DNA of 64,000 nt from the NCBI GenBank assembly GCA_036918135.1, contig JBALDB010000008.1:32001-96000 (forward strand). Reading direction: 5' to 3'. Source of the stretch: Nostoc sp. (GTDB lineage Bacteria > Cyanobacteriota > Cyanobacteriia > Cyanobacteriales > Nostocaceae). Each line of letters opens with the position of its first letter. Position 1 is the stretch's first letter. This document shows positions 18,625 to 29,754 of this stretch, piece after piece. Below the pieces are notes generated by a model, which was given only the letters and a program-made list of their open reading frames with translations, was not told the DNA's origin and did not search any database. The translations under genes and the position numbers were made by a program.

Positions 18625-19908
18625 CTACTTTCCACTCAGTACTCTATGCCCAATATCTCTCCGGTAATATATCCCCTCAAATTGAATATGTTTTATTCCT
18701 GCGTAAGCTTGGGCGAGCGCTTGCTGAAAATTTTCTCCAACTCCAGTGACATTTAATACTCGTCCCCCATCAGTAACTACTTGTTGTTGCTGGTTCAATT
18801 TCGTACCTGCATGAAATACAGTTGCTCCGGCTTTTTCTGCTTCTCTGATACCAGTAATTGCCTGGTTTTTCGTGTATTCTCCTGGATAACCACCGGATGC
18901 AGCGACAACTGTGGCAGCTGCTCCTGCTTTCCAAGCAATCGGCGGCAGTTCGCCTAAACGCTGCTCTACACAAGCTAAAAGTAACTCTTCTAGGGGTGTA
19001 TCTAACAGTGGCAAAATCACCTGGGTTTCAGGATCGCCAAAGCGGCAGTTAAATTCTAAAACTTTGAAGTTGCCATCGGGTGCAATCATTAACCCAGCAT
19101 ACAGTACACCACGGTAGTCGATGTTTTTGGATTTTAAGGCTGCGATCGCTTTTTCTAAAACTTCGCTTTGAATGCGTGCCATTAACTCTGGTGTAGCAAT
19201 GGGTGTGGGCGCGTAGGCTCCCATCCCACCAGTATTTTCGCCTGTATCGCCTTCACCAATCCGTTTATGGTCTTGCGCTGGTAATAAAGGTCTAATTGTT
19301 AAGCCATCCGTTAAAGCTAAAACTGATACCTCTTGCCCAATTAAACATTCTTCGATGACCACAAATTCACCAGCACTGCCAAATTGTCCTTGAAAAATCG
19401 CATCAATCGCACTCTGGGCTTGTTCAACTGTTTGAGCCACTGTTACACCCTTACCAGCCGCCAAGCCATCAGCTTTGACAACAATTGGCGCTCCCTGAGA
19501 TTTCACATAAGATTTTGCTGCTTTTGCCTCCGTAAATACCGCAGCCAGCGCCGTGGGAATCCCTGCTTCTTGCATCAGGGCTTTTGCCCAAGCTTTACTC
19601 GCCTCAATCTGCGCTCCGGCTCTGACTGGGCCAAATACCATCAGTCCTTTGTCTTGGAGATAGTCTGTGATTCCCTTGGCTAAGGGAACTTCTGGGCCGA
19701 CTATCACTAGAGTTATGCCATGTTCGAGAGCGTATCGGCTTATACCCTCAAAATCATCTACTGCCAGAGGTAAATTCTGGCAACGTTCCATACTTGCTGT
19801 GCCCCCGTTTCCTGGGACACAAACAATCTGCTCAATTTGCTCAGATTGTAGCAGTTTCCATGCCAGAGCGTGTTCGCGCCCCCCATTGCCTACAACTAAA
19901 ACTTTCAC
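18625..19908 (-). CDS. purD: Phosphoribosylamine--glycine ligase
   Basis: KVLVVGNGGREHALAW, KADGLAAGKGV, QDHKRIGEGDTGENTGGMGAY, EFNCRFGDPE; GTG start at 19908. Confidence 0.97.
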   Translation of the reverse strand: MKVLVVGNGGREHALAWKLLQSEQIEQIVCVPGNGGTASMERCQNLPLAVDDFEGISRYALEHGITLVIVGPEVPLAKGITDYLQDKGLMVFGPVRAGAQIEASKAWAKALMQEAGIPTALAAVFTEAKAAKSYVKSQGAPIVVKADGLAAGKGVTVAQTVEQAQSAIDAIFQGQFGSAGEFVVIEECLIGQEVSVLALTDGLTIRPLLPAQDHKRIGEGDTGENTGGMGAYAPTPIATPELMARIQSEVLEKAIAALKSKNIDYRGVLYAGLMIAPDGNFKVLEFNCRFGDPETQVILPLLDTPLEELLLACVEQRLGELPPIAWKAGAAATVVAASGGYPGEYTKNQAITGIREAEKAGATVFHAGTKLNQQQQVVTDGGRVLNVTGVGENFQQALAQAYAGIKHIQFEGIYYRRDIGHRVLSGK

Positions 19909-20051
19909 TAATTTCCTCGTGCGTGCCTTGCCAAACGAAAATATCTTAGCGGCTCTCACGGATCAATTTTTCCATTAATTTTCGCACTTGTGCAAGTCCC
20001 CAGGCATTCAATGAGAAGATGGGGAGATGGGGAGCATGGGAAGAAAGAATA

Positions 20052-20082
20052 ACTAATGACTAATGACTAATGACTAATGACC
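20052..20082. repeat. STRR heptamer tandem repeat
   Basis: (ACTAATG)x4. Confidence 0.8.
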
Positions 20083-20275
20083 AAGTTTATTAATAGTAAA
20101 AACTAAATAAATATACTGAAATATTTTATATATAACTATTTTTTAAGTAATTTTAATGATTTTCGATTGTTGAAATCATTAGTTAAAAAAATCCTGCTTA
20201 GGTAATGACGTTTATTGGTTACAAGTATTAACCTGTGAATGTAGAGATTAATTAAAATATCAAAAAATACGTAAC

Positions 20276-21226
20276 ATGAGTAAAATTATCGTCACTGGAG
20301 TTGCTGGTTTTATTGGTTCTCATTTAACAGAAACATTGCTGCTACAAGGAGAAGAAGTCATTGGAATTGATGAATTCAATGATTACTACAATCCGATGTT
20401 AAAGCATAAAAATATTGCCCACTTGAATGAATCGCCTGGCTTTACACTAATTGAAGCAGATATGCAGTTTTTAGATTGGCATCAACTTCTTAAAGATGTT
20501 GATGTAGTTTATCATCAAGCAGCACAAGCCGGTGTGAGAGCGAGTTGGGGTAAAGGTTTTGGAGCTTACACACAACGAAATATTAACGCTACACAAATCT
20601 TGCTAGAAGCAGCCAAAGATGCTAAAAATCTCAAAAGGTTAGTGTTTGCATCTTCGTCGAGTGTATATGGTGATGCAGAAACATTACCTACGCACGAGGG
20701 AATTTGTCCTCAACCAGTTTCTCCCTATGGTATTACAAAGCTAGCGGCTGAATTTTTGTGTGGGTTATATCACAAAAACTTTGGCGTGCCATCTGTGTCA
20801 TTGCGCTATTTCACAGTTTATGGGCCGAGACAGCGCCCAGATATGGCATTTCATAAGTTCTTTGAATCGATTTTGCAGGATGAGGCGATTCCGATTTACG
20901 GCGATGGACAGCAAACGCGAGAATTTACGTTTATTAGTGATATTATCGCCGCTAATTTAGCTGCAGCGATCGCACCCCAAGCAGTGGGAGAAATCTTTAA
21001 TATCGGCGGCGGTAGTCGGGTGGTTTTAGCAGAAGTTTTGAATCAAATTGAAGAAATTGTCGGCAAACCAATTAAAAGAAACTACATAGAACAGGCGATG
21101 GGAGACGCCCGTCATACTGCTGCTGATATATCTAAAGCCGAGAAAATTCTCGAATATCAACCGCAAGTCTCCCTGACAGAGGGTTTAACAAAGGAATGGC
21201 ACTGGATTAAATCGTTGTATTCGTAA
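20276..21226 (+). CDS. NAD-dependent nucleotide-sugar epimerase (UDP-glucuronate 4-epimerase-like)
   Basis: TGVAGFIGSH, AQAGVR, YGITK (YxxxK), FTVYGPRQRPDMA. Confidence 0.9.
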   Translation: MSKIIVTGVAGFIGSHLTETLLLQGEEVIGIDEFNDYYNPMLKHKNIAHLNESPGFTLIEADMQFLDWHQLLKDVDVVYHQAAQAGVRASWGKGFGAYTQRNINATQILLEAAKDAKNLKRLVFASSSSVYGDAETLPTHEGICPQPVSPYGITKLAAEFLCGLYHKNFGVPSVSLRYFTVYGPRQRPDMAFHKFFESILQDEAIPIYGDGQQTREFTFISDIIAANLAAAIAPQAVGEIFNIGGGSRVVLAEVLNQIEEIVGKPIKRNYIEQAMGDARHTAADISKAEKILEYQPQVSLTEGLTKEWHWIKSLYS

Positions 21227-21238
21227 TATTAAGCTATA

Positions 21239-21314
21239 GGGTGTGGGGTGTAGGGGATATTCCTTTATCATCTATGGCGGTGAAACTTGTTTCATCGGGA
21301 CTGCCTTATGCCCC
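21239..21314. repeat. Dispersed ~75-bp repeat, copy 1
   Basis: GGTGTGGGGTGTAGGGGATATTCCTT..ATGGCGGTGAAACTTGTTTCATCGGGACTGCCTTAT; near-identical to about 30635-30711. Confidence 0.8.
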
Positions 21315-21417
21315 CTGCCTCCTGCTATAAATGGACAATAGCTAATTTGCTCAGGGTACGGCATCATCCCAAATTTTCGGTGCGTTGGGACTAACGTCGA
21401 TAGCGCACCCGACAAAA

Positions 21418-24400
21418 CTATTGCCACGAGCGCAATTCATCAATGGTATTACGAATTAACGAAGTTATTTGAGCGCGACGGGTTTCAAAGTTGGCGGCAA
21501 TATAAATTAGTAGAATACCAACTAGCAAGCCAACAACCCATTTTAAAAAAGAATACTGCAAGCTGAAAATTACCAATTGATAGATACTAGTAATCAGAAA
21601 AGTAGCTGTACCAATGTAGAGAAAAGCCCGCACTCGCAAAGCTAATCCAGCAAAAATGGCGATTAGGCTAAAAATACCTGGTATCCAGGGCGTGTTTTGC
21701 TCGAATAAAATTGCCCAGCCACAAATTAAACCGCTACCTAGCAAGCGGAGGCTATGACGAACTGTTTTAGATTCTGGTAGTCTGAGTTGGGGATCTACTT
21801 GAGCAATATAAAGTAGTGATAACCCAATTGGTGTTACATACCACAATGCATCGCGCAGATTTAAAGTATCAAACCAACGGTACAACGCCCAATCAATCAG
21901 CACTACACTAATATATGTAAAACGGATGTTTTCACCCACAATGCCCAAGAAAATATAATATCCAGCAGCAAGTACCAAAGCGATTGGGTAAATTTGCAGT
22001 CTAGTTTCCCACAAAATCAACAGTGGTAGAACGTATGCAGCTTGTTGCCAAGGTCTTTTAGACCAACCCCAACTTTCCCAAGGTAAGATGTAGAGGAAAT
22101 AGGCGACTACACAGGCGATCGCACCATCCCAAGGAAGTAATTGTGTAGTAAATAAACGTCCTATTGGCGTATCTTGCAAGTAAATACTGATGACAACTGC
22201 CTCTAATAAACCCAGATAAACCCAAATTTCATCTATTGTCATACCCCTTGCTGTTGCCAAGGGCGGTTGGGGCGATTGCTTTCCCTGGAAAATTGCATAG
22301 CGAATCAAAAATACCCCAGTTCCCAATCCCACCAAACGATTAACTCCAATGGGAACAGTAATGGCAGCCATTAAAATGCAGCTACTCCAAGCCCAGTGAA
22401 TATCGGCTATTCCTTTGAGTTCTTGGGGAGTTAAGCGTAAGTAGCCCACAAGCCAAGGTGAGAGGATGCGATAGGCATACATAATACTAGCGCCAAGGGC
22501 AGACATGGCAATCAATCCATCACCTAATTTTCCTCCTGAAGCTTGTAATATTTGATAAAACAAAAGTTCGTAGGCAGAAATTGATATGCCAATAATTCCT
22601 AAGTACAGCAGGAGTTTAAAGTCTTCCCGGCGTCGCCCTACCCTAATAATTATTAAAGCTACACCTAAGGAACACAAACCCGTCCACTCAGTGAAGGTAT
22701 CTAAACGCAGTAATACACTGAATACACCATAAATTAATGGTAGAATGTGAAAGCTGCTAGGCAGGCTTTGTAATTGATGTCGTCGTCGCCACCACTCTCC
22801 TACAAGCCCAGTTAGTAAACCCAAGGCGATGTTTGCGATCGCCATCCTCATAATCGATCGCTCCCCAAACCCCAATACCTGGGCTGTCAACAATTCTAAA
22901 CACCAACCAATACCATAAAATGCCCAATTTGTTGGTTGTCGCCAACTGCGATAGACAATGCCTGCCAAAATAATACCAGTAGCAATTAAGTACAAAAATC
23001 CGGAACTAGTTACCCCTTGGTAAATCAGCACTGAGTGCAGCGTCAAATCAAACAACTCATAACCACACAAAGCGATCGCCCATTTATCGCTAGCGGTTGC
23101 GTAAATAAGTGCTAATTGGTTACCGCGTCGCTTGAGTGCTGTACGGATTAACCATAAACTTAAACTGGCGATCGCTCCGACAACATACCAACCAGCCACC
23201 ACCAGACGAGGGAAACCAGGCACACCCGTCCACAGCAGCACTCCAATAAAACTTAAAATAAATCCTTCCGCGATTAGCGCGACTTGGTTTCGCAAATAGT
23301 GCGTATTTACCAACATTACTCCTGCACCCACCCCCAAACCGATTAATCTGGTTTCTGGGAGCTGTAAAGTCAGAAACTGGGCAATTCCCACAGCCAAGAC
23401 ACTCAAGTAACGGGCAATAGTTCGATTCTCTATAGTTGTGGCATTAGCAACACCTGCCAAAGCTATAGGCGTAACTAGCCAAATGACTCCCCAATTAGCC
23501 CTGCTATCAGCTATACCATACCAAGATGATGCTGCATTTATCCACAACAGCAAAAAACTAACACCGGCTAATCCTAAACCCATGTCCCATGCACTACGTT
23601 GCCATAGTCCATGCCCCAGGCTAAATCTCCATTCTGCAACCATCAAAGCTAATAAAATGCTTGCCCATACTTGTCTACTCAGTTCTGGTGCAAACCAATG
23701 GACAATAGAGCAAAACGTCAGCACGCCGATGATATGAGTTAGGTATACCAGGCGAGGGGATAAAGGAGAGCGGCGTTTGCTGACAACCGCAAGGGTAGCG
23801 GTGGAAAATAGCAGATTTAGCGATCGCAAAGTCGGATTAACTACAGCAATTGTGGTGAGAAATGTTCCTAATAATAAAGTCAGTAGTTCGCCAAACTTAG
23901 CCAATTCTCGCTTTTGGGCGCGATATAAATTATCTGTCAGCGCCACCATCAAAATTACGTAGGGAAATAAAACTACACCCAGCAACGCCCAAGGTTCATT
24001 TTCAGCATTTGTCAGCTGAGTGGCAGTAGCAAGCGCCAATTGCTGTAAGCTATTGGGTACTAACCGCCAAAATAGCCAAATTGCCTGTAAACCAATCAGG
24101 AAAACTGCCGCTAAGTCAAATTTTAAACTGTAGCGTTGCAAGCGATTTCCTACAAACCACAAACCCAAACCACTCACAGCTATAGCTTGCCAGGGATAAT
24201 TAACTACTGAAACCAGCCAACCCAGCAAGAGTAAAATCGCACCGAGTCTTTCCCAGAGTGAGGGGGATGAAGGAGATATTACTGTTACTTCCTCGTCTCC
24301 CCCTACCCTCTGCTGACTGTGCTGCGCTAACCAAGTCACCAACCAGCCGCAAATACCAATAGCTAAGCCTAGTTGCCCTGCATCTACCCTAACTATAAAA

Positions 24401-25320
24401 ATCGCCCGCATTAGCAGGACTATTAAAGCGTAAATGATTACTGTAGCGCGTAAACTAATATTTAAACTACGGCGATCGCTGGCATTTTCCAGATGTGGAT
24501 AAGGATTATCAAAAACAGTAATTATAGTTGTGGCTATCATCGCCAAATAAACAGCAATTAAGGGGAATCCCTTTAATTGCCAACCCCAATGCAGATAACT
24601 CAACCCCAAAATATTTAGTACAGGTAACTTTGAAGTATTTAAATTGTGAAAAATAGTCCGATTTTTGCTGATTAAAATAGTAATAGCAGTCAGGGTAGGG
24701 CAGGCGATCGCAACTACAATCCAATTTAGAGGATTTTGCCATAACCGAAAGCTATCCATCGCCCAAAAGTTGACTGGTACTAATAAAAGAGTGACAATTA
24801 GTAATGTCTGAGCTGTCAATCTTAGGTTATTTTGTCTACTCGCCCAAAAGCTTAACCCCCAGAAACTCAAAGTATAAGCAAATAAAACTCCATACTGCAA
24901 AGAAGCAGGAAATTTCTCCCACTGACTGGCAGCCAGCACCCCAGAGGACACCACTACCAAGAATACCCCTAGAAAAAGCAGCCACCGGACACTCAATTCT
25001 GCCCCTAAGGACTGTAACATTGTACCGATAAAGTTGGGCCGAGCTGCTTTTTCTGACGGTTGTCTAAGGCTACTAGCTTGTAAAGCTGCTATAGGCAACT
25101 GTTTCACCGAGTCTGAAGTTATAAATATTACCTTTGGTTCAACTTTAGCCTGGGGTTGTAACACTACCGTACAAACCAGAAATTCTCGGCATAGCTGCCT
25201 GACTTGGGAATCAGATATCAAACCTAACCGCAGCCATATCTCAAGTCCTTCTAATAACTGAGGATGGGAATCTGGGAGTCTGATTTCGATTTTTAGCAGG
25301 CGCTCAAGAGGCGATGACAT
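21418..25320 (-). CDS. Large polytopic membrane protein (DUF2157-like)
   Basis: GLEIWLRLGLIS..; ELSVRWLLFLGVFLVVVSSGVLAASQW; more than 30 hydrophobic segments; C-terminal AANFETRR. Confidence 0.8.
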   Translation of the reverse strand: MSSPLERLLKIEIRLPDSHPQLLEGLEIWLRLGLISDSQVRQLCREFLVCTVVLQPQAKVEPKVIFITSDSVKQLPIAALQASSLRQPSEKAARPNFIGTMLQSLGAELSVRWLLFLGVFLVVVSSGVLAASQWEKFPASLQYGVLFAYTLSFWGLSFWASRQNNLRLTAQTLLIVTLLLVPVNFWAMDSFRLWQNPLNWIVVAIACPTLTAITILISKNRTIFHNLNTSKLPVLNILGLSYLHWGWQLKGFPLIAVYLAMIATTIITVFDNPYPHLENASDRRSLNISLRATVIIYALIVLLMRAIFIVRVDAGQLGLAIGICGWLVTWLAQHSQQRVGGDEEVTVISPSSPSLWERLGAILLLLGWLVSVVNYPWQAIAVSGLGLWFVGNRLQRYSLKFDLAAVFLIGLQAIWLFWRLVPNSLQQLALATATQLTNAENEPWALLGVVLFPYVILMVALTDNLYRAQKRELAKFGELLTLLLGTFLTTIAVVNPTLRSLNLLFSTATLAVVSKRRSPLSPRLVYLTHIIGVLTFCSIVHWFAPELSRQVWASILLALMVAEWRFSLGHGLWQRSAWDMGLGLAGVSFLLLWINAASSWYGIADSRANWGVIWLVTPIALAGVANATTIENRTIARYLSVLAVGIAQFLTLQLPETRLIGLGVGAGVMLVNTHYLRNQVALIAEGFILSFIGVLLWTGVPGFPRLVVAGWYVVGAIASLSLWLIRTALKRRGNQLALIYATASDKWAIALCGYELFDLTLHSVLIYQGVTSSGFLYLIATGIILAGIVYRSWRQPTNWAFYGIGWCLELLTAQVLGFGERSIMRMAIANIALGLLTGLVGEWWRRRHQLQSLPSSFHILPLIYGVFSVLLRLDTFTEWTGLCSLGVALIIIRVGRRREDFKLLLYLGIIGISISAYELLFYQILQASGGKLGDGLIAMSALGASIMYAYRILSPWLVGYLRLTPQELKGIADIHWAWSSCILMAAITVPIGVNRLVGLGTGVFLIRYAIFQGKQSPQPPLATARGMTIDEIWVYLGLLEAVVISIYLQDTPIGRLFTTQLLPWDGAIACVVAYFLYILPWESWGWSKRPWQQAAYVLPLLILWETRLQIYPIALVLAAGYYIFLGIVGENIRFTYISVVLIDWALYRWFDTLNLRDALWYVTPIGLSLLYIAQVDPQLRLPESKTVRHSLRLLGSGLICGWAILFEQNTPWIPGIFSLIAIFAGLALRVRAFLYIGTATFLITSIYQLVIFSLQYSFLKWVVGLLVGILLIYIAANFETRRAQITSLIRNTIDELRSWQ

Positions 25321-25529
25321 AAGCCGCAACAATACAGGTATATACTTAAATCATGGATTAATTAAAGTATATTTCTGTTCTAAATTTGCCACTTATGAAA
25401 CTAATTAATATTAATTTTTAATCTCAATACTTCGCCATTTTTTTGTAGATTGGGTTGAGCGTACCCCTGCGGTATCTTGCTATCTACCTCAACCTAACCT
25501 CCAAATCTATTATCGTGCAAGAACATTAT

Positions 25530-25715
25530 CCTGGATTTCTCACAAGTGAGAAATCCAAGGAGTGTGGGAGGTATGGGAGGAAAAGGAAGTATGGAACCAG
25601 AGGAAAGAAAAGCAGGTATGGGAGGATGGGGAAGATGGGGAAGAAATCTTTCCCCCCACACTTCCCCATCCTCCCACACTCCTTACACTCTCCATACTCT
25701 TGTGAGAAATCCAGG
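25530..25715. repeat. MITE-like palindromic element
   Basis: 17-bp TIR CCTGGATTTCTCACAAG / CTTGTGAGAAATCCAGG enclosing purine-rich then pyrimidine-rich 9-mer repeats. Confidence 0.75.
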
Positions 25716-25801
25716 TTATGGGTGGCTTGATTGTGTGTGGGAGTACGGAAAGCCACCTTGTGTGCGTTTATCTTCCTTAAAGGCCACTAGCTGATGAGTG
25801 A

Positions 25802-27388
25802 TTAATTGGATTTTGTGATTTTCCAGAGTAACTTGTCTACCTGCTGTAACTTTGAGTTATAAATTTTCTCAATTCCGGCTTTCAAGAACTCAGTAGGCTG
25901 GAACAAGAATATATCACTAAACCCATTGGCAACCTTTGGTAATTTATTTGGAGCAACAAGTTGAATTTGTACTTTTGGCAGGATTAAGTGACCAAGTACT
26001 TGTATTTCTGGAACCATGCTATCAGTATCACTAATTAATAGTGGTTTGTCAGCTCCAGAAACTATCTTAGCAATTTCTGGATATTGTCCGAACCTTTCTG
26101 GATATTTGTTCCACCACATCTGAGATTGAGAACTGAGTAAACAAGATATTACTCCACTGAAGATTACTAACAAAGTTACAACTGACCAGAATTTTTTTTG
26201 TAAAATTTTAGGAGAGTTATACCTAATTTTTGTGGCTAAGAAATAAGCAACAGCTAACTGTGTACCTAAAATACACGGAAGTGTATATCTACTAGTACCG
26301 TATCGCTTTTCAAAGACGAAATCTAGGATTATTAAGGGAAGCCCTACAGACCCAATCAATGTTAAAACAAATAACCAAACTTTCTGAGGACTTTTTTTGC
26401 ATAGAACATAAATTGAGTAAATTATTAAAGTTAAAATTATTGCAATCAAAGGAATTAAAGCATATTTAAGTTTATCAGAATCGCTAGGACTAACGCCTAA
26501 ATCAAGAAAGCCACGACTAATAAGCCCAGCCCACCTAGTAGCTGAACTAAAGAAACTTTGTTTAGCATTCGCCCAATATACTGCATCTGAGTGAGGATAT
26601 TTAATAATAATTAATATCCACGGAACGAAAGTCATAAATGCTACAAACGATGAAAGCAGATAAGAAATCGATGTTTTATTCAATCGGAAGCGTTCAAGTG
26701 TAAGTACATAAATTCCCTGTCCGAGAGCAATGAAACAAAAAAATATATGAGTATAAAATCCTACTATTAATGTTGCTGCATAAATGTACCAACTAACCTT
26801 TGTTTTTAAGCGCATTGCTCGCAGTAGTGCTGCACTCGATATTAAAGTAATTACTATCCATAAAGTGTATGCTCGCGCTTCCTGTGCATATATTACGTGA
26901 ACAGGTGAAACGGCTACTAATGCCATTGCCATCCATCCTGTTAGTGAAGACTCAAATAATTCTTTACATAGCCAATAAATACAAGGAAAGGTCAACAAAC
27001 TAATAAACGCCGAAAAACTTCTCGTTACAGCTACAGAGTTACCAAACCACTTCACCCAAAGCCGATTCATTAAGATATGTAACGGCAAAATCTGTGAGTC
27101 TTCTATAACTATGCCGTTAATTACATCAGTTGTAGTTTTTTCATTATTAGGATATTGATATTTATTCAATTCCTCTTTATTTATTAAATGACCATCACCT
27201 AGATTTTTAGCCATTTCTGACTCCATATATCCAGATATGCGTAATGATGTTAAGACTTCATCACTCCAATAAATTTTTTTGTCGATATTGACGAAGCGAA
27301 AAAAGACGCCTATTACTATTAATATGACGATTGACAAGCGTAACCAATCTCGATAACTCAGCCAATTTTGTGACAATGCCTTTTTCAT
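25802..27388 (-). CDS. GT-C fold (family 39/PMT-like) membrane glycosyltransferase
   Basis: FFRFVNIDKKIYWSDE, AVSPVHVIYAQEARAY, many TMs. Confidence 0.85.
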   Translation of the reverse strand: MKKALSQNWLSYRDWLRLSIVILIVIGVFFRFVNIDKKIYWSDEVLTSLRISGYMESEMAKNLGDGHLINKEELNKYQYPNNEKTTTDVINGIVIEDSQILPLHILMNRLWVKWFGNSVAVTRSFSAFISLLTFPCIYWLCKELFESSLTGWMAMALVAVSPVHVIYAQEARAYTLWIVITLISSAALLRAMRLKTKVSWYIYAATLIVGFYTHIFFCFIALGQGIYVLTLERFRLNKTSISYLLSSFVAFMTFVPWILIIIKYPHSDAVYWANAKQSFFSSATRWAGLISRGFLDLGVSPSDSDKLKYALIPLIAIILTLIIYSIYVLCKKSPQKVWLFVLTLIGSVGLPLIILDFVFEKRYGTSRYTLPCILGTQLAVAYFLATKIRYNSPKILQKKFWSVVTLLVIFSGVISCLLSSQSQMWWNKYPERFGQYPEIAKIVSGADKPLLISDTDSMVPEIQVLGHLILPKVQIQLVAPNKLPKVANGFSDIFLFQPTEFLKAGIEKIYNSKLQQVDKLLWKITKSN

Positions 27389-27939
27389 GCAGTTTTCAAT
27401 CCTGTTAAAGCTTTAGTCAAAAGGGTTATATTCAATTACATATAAATTTTGAGCAACATCCTTGTATGTTCTCACAAAGATTTTGAAGCATTTTGCTGCT
27501 TTTGCCAATATACTTGCACTCTAAATATAATTCTTTCGTCCTATCATATAATACTTACTAATTTAAATATGAAATACTTTTCTTAAAAATAAAAAGATTT
27601 TATAAAGTTTTTATAAATAAAATATAAATACGTACCGCACAACCCGAAAAAAAAAGATACCTTAAGGTTTGTGGAAACTCCAACTACATGGATTTGTTAA
27701 GGGTTTGGGTTGATGTTGAGATGTTGACATTAAATAGTACTTAACTGTTGCACGTGTGATGCGTATGAGTATCCTATTTGATAGTCATCTGATAGTATTT
27801 ATTTATATAGCAACCTATTGCATCCACATCAAAATACCAAGTGTTTGCATTAGTTCTATTGTCTTTGTCCTCTTAGCTAACCATATCTGCCAACAGCCCT
27901 CTGTTCCATCAGAGGGCTTTCATTTGGCTTCAACTGACG

Positions 27940-29610
27940 CTATTGCCAAACAAATATTTTAGCTGTATAGCTTGGTAAATTAGTCACTAGACTATCATCT
28001 TGAGCTTCTACTTCACAGTTACCAAACCAATCTCGCCAATATTCAGCAGTTGGAAAATCAGGAATTTCATATCTAGTTAAATTCAGGGTAGAAAAATTTA
28101 CTACGACGACGACATGAGAATCTTGTTTATCCCAGCGGCTATAAGCCAAAACTTTATCTTTCGCATTTTCATAGAAAAATTTTATACTGTCACTTTGCAA
28201 AGCTAAATTTTGCTTGCGTAGAGCAATCAGTTTTCGATAATACTCAAATAAATTATGATTTTGGCTATTTGCTAATAAAGACCAAGTAATTTTCCGTGGT
28301 TCAGTCACATTTTCACTTTTTTGCTGGTATTCGCCAAACTCTTCTCCCATCCACAGCATTGGTATACCCATCGCTGTCATTAAGAGGACTGCTGCTAACT
28401 TTGCTCGTTTAAATGCCTCTGCATCAAAGATACCAGCATCACCTAATTCTCGCAATACACGTTGGCGATCGTGTGTTGTCAAATAATTTATTACATTAGT
28501 AGCAGTTGCATAACCCTGCTTTTTAGGGTCTAAAATCTGCTTCAATTGTTCTAACTCAAATGATTTCCCACAAATAGATGGAATTATAAAGTAGCGAAAA
28601 CTTTCGTGCCAACAACCATCTAATGGCCCATCTGGTCTAACTACAGTGTTTGTATCGGGAATGTGTTCGGCAATATTATAAAACTGCTTGACTGCGCCGT
28701 GTTTTTTTGTTTGCTCAGCCAGCCACTCAAGAAATTCAAAATTGGCTAATTGACGCACTGCATCAAAGCGAATTCCATCAATGTGATATTCTTGAATCCA
28801 AAATCGCACTACATCACCGATGTATTTCCATGCAGGCTTAATATTTAATTTTTCATCGTAATTATCATAGTTCAACTCTGGTCCCCAATAATTATCTGGG
28901 TCTTCCGGATAATGCATGTGTTCGTAGTACCAATAATTCCGGTCAATTAGTATTAACGGACATTCTTCATCTGTGTGATTATAAATTCCATCTAGAAAAA
29001 CGCGAATACCTCTATTATGACACTCATCTATTAATCGCTTTAAATCTTCTGTGGAACCATAACTAGATTCTGTAGCAAAGAAGTGACGTACTTTATAACC
29101 CCAGTTATAGTTACCTGGGTACTCATTGACTGGCATCAGTTCGATTGCATTAATTCCTAATTCACACAAATAATCTAACTTGGCAATTACCCCTAAATAT
29201 TTGCCTTGTTTATCAGGGTCAACCCCATCACCAGTGAAATCAGCAACGTGCATTTCATATAAGATTAATTCACGATTATCAGGCAACGGCATTTCGTCAT
29301 GTCGCCAAATATAAGTATCAACAATACGTTGTCCATCTTTAATCCGCACTAAAGCGTACTTTTCTGTTTCATTAACATCTGTTGCTTTAGGGTCAATAAC
29401 ATCTACCCATTCATCAGGTGCAAAATTGGGACTTTTAGTTTGAACGCGAAATTTATATTGATAAATGCCGTCTTTTAGTTGTATTTGAGTGCGAAAATAA
29501 CCATCTTCACCTTTTTGCATTGGTATTTCCTGCCAATCAGAAAATGACCCAATTAAAACTGCTCCTTGGTTACGAGGAGCAAATAAGGTAAATTCAATTA
29601 AACTTTCCAT
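27940..29610 (-). CDS. GH13 alpha-amylase family protein with N-terminal CBM48-like domain
   Basis: LYEMHVADF, LGINAIELMP, WGY, DGIYNH, DGIRFDAV, AEH, THD. Confidence 0.9.
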   Translation of the reverse strand: MESLIEFTLFAPRNQGAVLIGSFSDWQEIPMQKGEDGYFRTQIQLKDGIYQYKFRVQTKSPNFAPDEWVDVIDPKATDVNETEKYALVRIKDGQRIVDTYIWRHDEMPLPDNRELILYEMHVADFTGDGVDPDKQGKYLGVIAKLDYLCELGINAIELMPVNEYPGNYNWGYKVRHFFATESSYGSTEDLKRLIDECHNRGIRVFLDGIYNHTDEECPLILIDRNYWYYEHMHYPEDPDNYWGPELNYDNYDEKLNIKPAWKYIGDVVRFWIQEYHIDGIRFDAVRQLANFEFLEWLAEQTKKHGAVKQFYNIAEHIPDTNTVVRPDGPLDGCWHESFRYFIIPSICGKSFELEQLKQILDPKKQGYATATNVINYLTTHDRQRVLRELGDAGIFDAEAFKRAKLAAVLLMTAMGIPMLWMGEEFGEYQQKSENVTEPRKITWSLLANSQNHNLFEYYRKLIALRKQNLALQSDSIKFFYENAKDKVLAYSRWDKQDSHVVVVVNFSTLNLTRYEIPDFPTAEYWRDWFGNCEVEAQDDSLVTNLPSYTAKIFVWQ

Positions 29611-29754
29611 TTCCAGATTTATAGAAATTTCTATAAAAATAATCAGTAAAATGATTTTGTATTACTAAAGAATTTGTAGCTTCTTTCTTAAGTAATAAAT
29701 TTTTTCTGTGCTTGCTGTTTAACTTTTGACTTACGTCCAAGGACATTAGTTACC

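Noticed and set aside
25455..25794. Four overlapping short ORFs
   Set aside because: They are translations of a palindromic MITE-like repeat
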